The notes below the pieces were generated by a model. The model was given only the letters and a program-made list of their open reading frames with translations, was not told the origin of the DNA and searched no databases. The translations under genes were made by a program, and so were the position numbers. A stretch of DNA of 63,771 nt, filler included, from Octopus bimaculoides (Eukaryota), in assembly GCF_001194135.2 (NCBI RefSeq). It is 5 parts of 5 records of this genome, joined end to end, with 100 filler letters (N's around TTAATTAATTAA, not from the genome) between each part and the next. Parts side by side here need not be neighbours in the genome. Positions count along the whole stretch, not along the records: positions 61,073 to 63,771 come from NC_068999.1; 4 more parts are not named here. One strand, given 5' to 3'. Shown in pieces: positions 63,017 to 63,771 of the stretch (position 1 is its first letter; every line of letters begins with the position of its first letter).

Positions 63017-63030
<14 letters not shown>
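62965..63030 (+). mobile_element. SINE family B fragment
   Basis: CTATAGCCTCAGACCGAGTGGATTTGGTGGACGGAAACTGAAAGAAGC. Confidence 0.6.
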
Positions 63031-63063
<33 letters not shown>

Positions 63064-63771
63064 AATAAAGGGTAAAATTATTTATAATTTTACCAGGTGG
63101 TCAGCGTGGAAATAAATATTTGAAAAGTTTACTTCCTGATCGAAGTTGCATTAACTGCCCTCCAGATCTTGACACGCTACACATGGGTATAAAAGAAAGA
63201 TGTGAATTTTACTTTGCAGTATATTTCTACAAGTGTGGATAGATATTGGTTATGCGATGTCGCTGCTCGCATGCATATTTTGAGATACTCGTAAATTTAT
63301 GCTTTGGAATACCGTCCTGATGATAGCAATAGGTAAATATTTTTTACTATAAGCTTGAAACAGGATTTTGTACGCGGTTAACCTTGAATTGTTGATTCAT
63401 TGTTTTTCTTTTGCTCGCCTACAATATAGTGTGTTATTCTCGGAGATTTAACGGTGGTAATAGGGGCTTTGGCGTCTATTTCTATAGTGCGTGGTGAGGT
63501 ATATACCCGATCCCTTGTTATAATTATGTATATAATTATAAAACTGGTTTTCACTATTTAAATTAGCTAATTTAAATAGCGAAGACCGGTTGGATATCAC
63601 GACACCTATAAAATATGTATACATATAAAACGTTTTTTTATATAAAGATATTAAACTATATGAAACGAAGGCATTTCTTTTTCACTTTTTATATATGTTT
63701 TCCACATATTTTCAACTCATAATTATGCTACGTATTGTATACTGATTCTCCAGTATTTTTGCTCCTTATAT

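Overview
AT-rich, gappy animal genomic DNA, dominated by microsatellites and transposon relics. The SINE families and repeat landscape suggest a coleoid cephalopod, most likely Octopus; this is inferred from recognised repeat families, not from a search. One host coding exon is clear: the first coding exon (40507-39676, minus strand) of a class C GPCR (mGluR/CaSR-like Venus-flytrap domain). The rest is Penelope-like elements (PLE), a Tx1/L1-like LINE, R4/Dong, RTE and CR1 fragments, two mariner relics, MITEs and many tRNA-derived SINEs. No rRNA, true tRNA or CRISPR array is supported. The most unusual signals are: (1) a hammerhead-ribozyme-like motif with all three helices and both core motifs present but the strands in non-canonical order (58855-58913), plus two minimal PLE-type hammerheads; (2) a Tx1-like LINE bracketed by ~140-bp inverted repeats with a 358-bp fold-back 5' end, which splits a PLE GIY-YIG motif with a 12-bp TSD; (3) two related GGATC-ended, 8-bp-TSD MITEs carrying telomere-type TTAGGG tracts, one as a mirror-symmetric palindrome; (4) the GPCR keeps the alpha-amino-acid-binding residues but lacks the glutamate-specific Arg. 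Caveat: four N44-TTAATTAATTAA-N44 linkers (17806, 28690, 58417, 61017) and many N gaps mean contiguity across them is not guaranteed. All alignments were done by eye.
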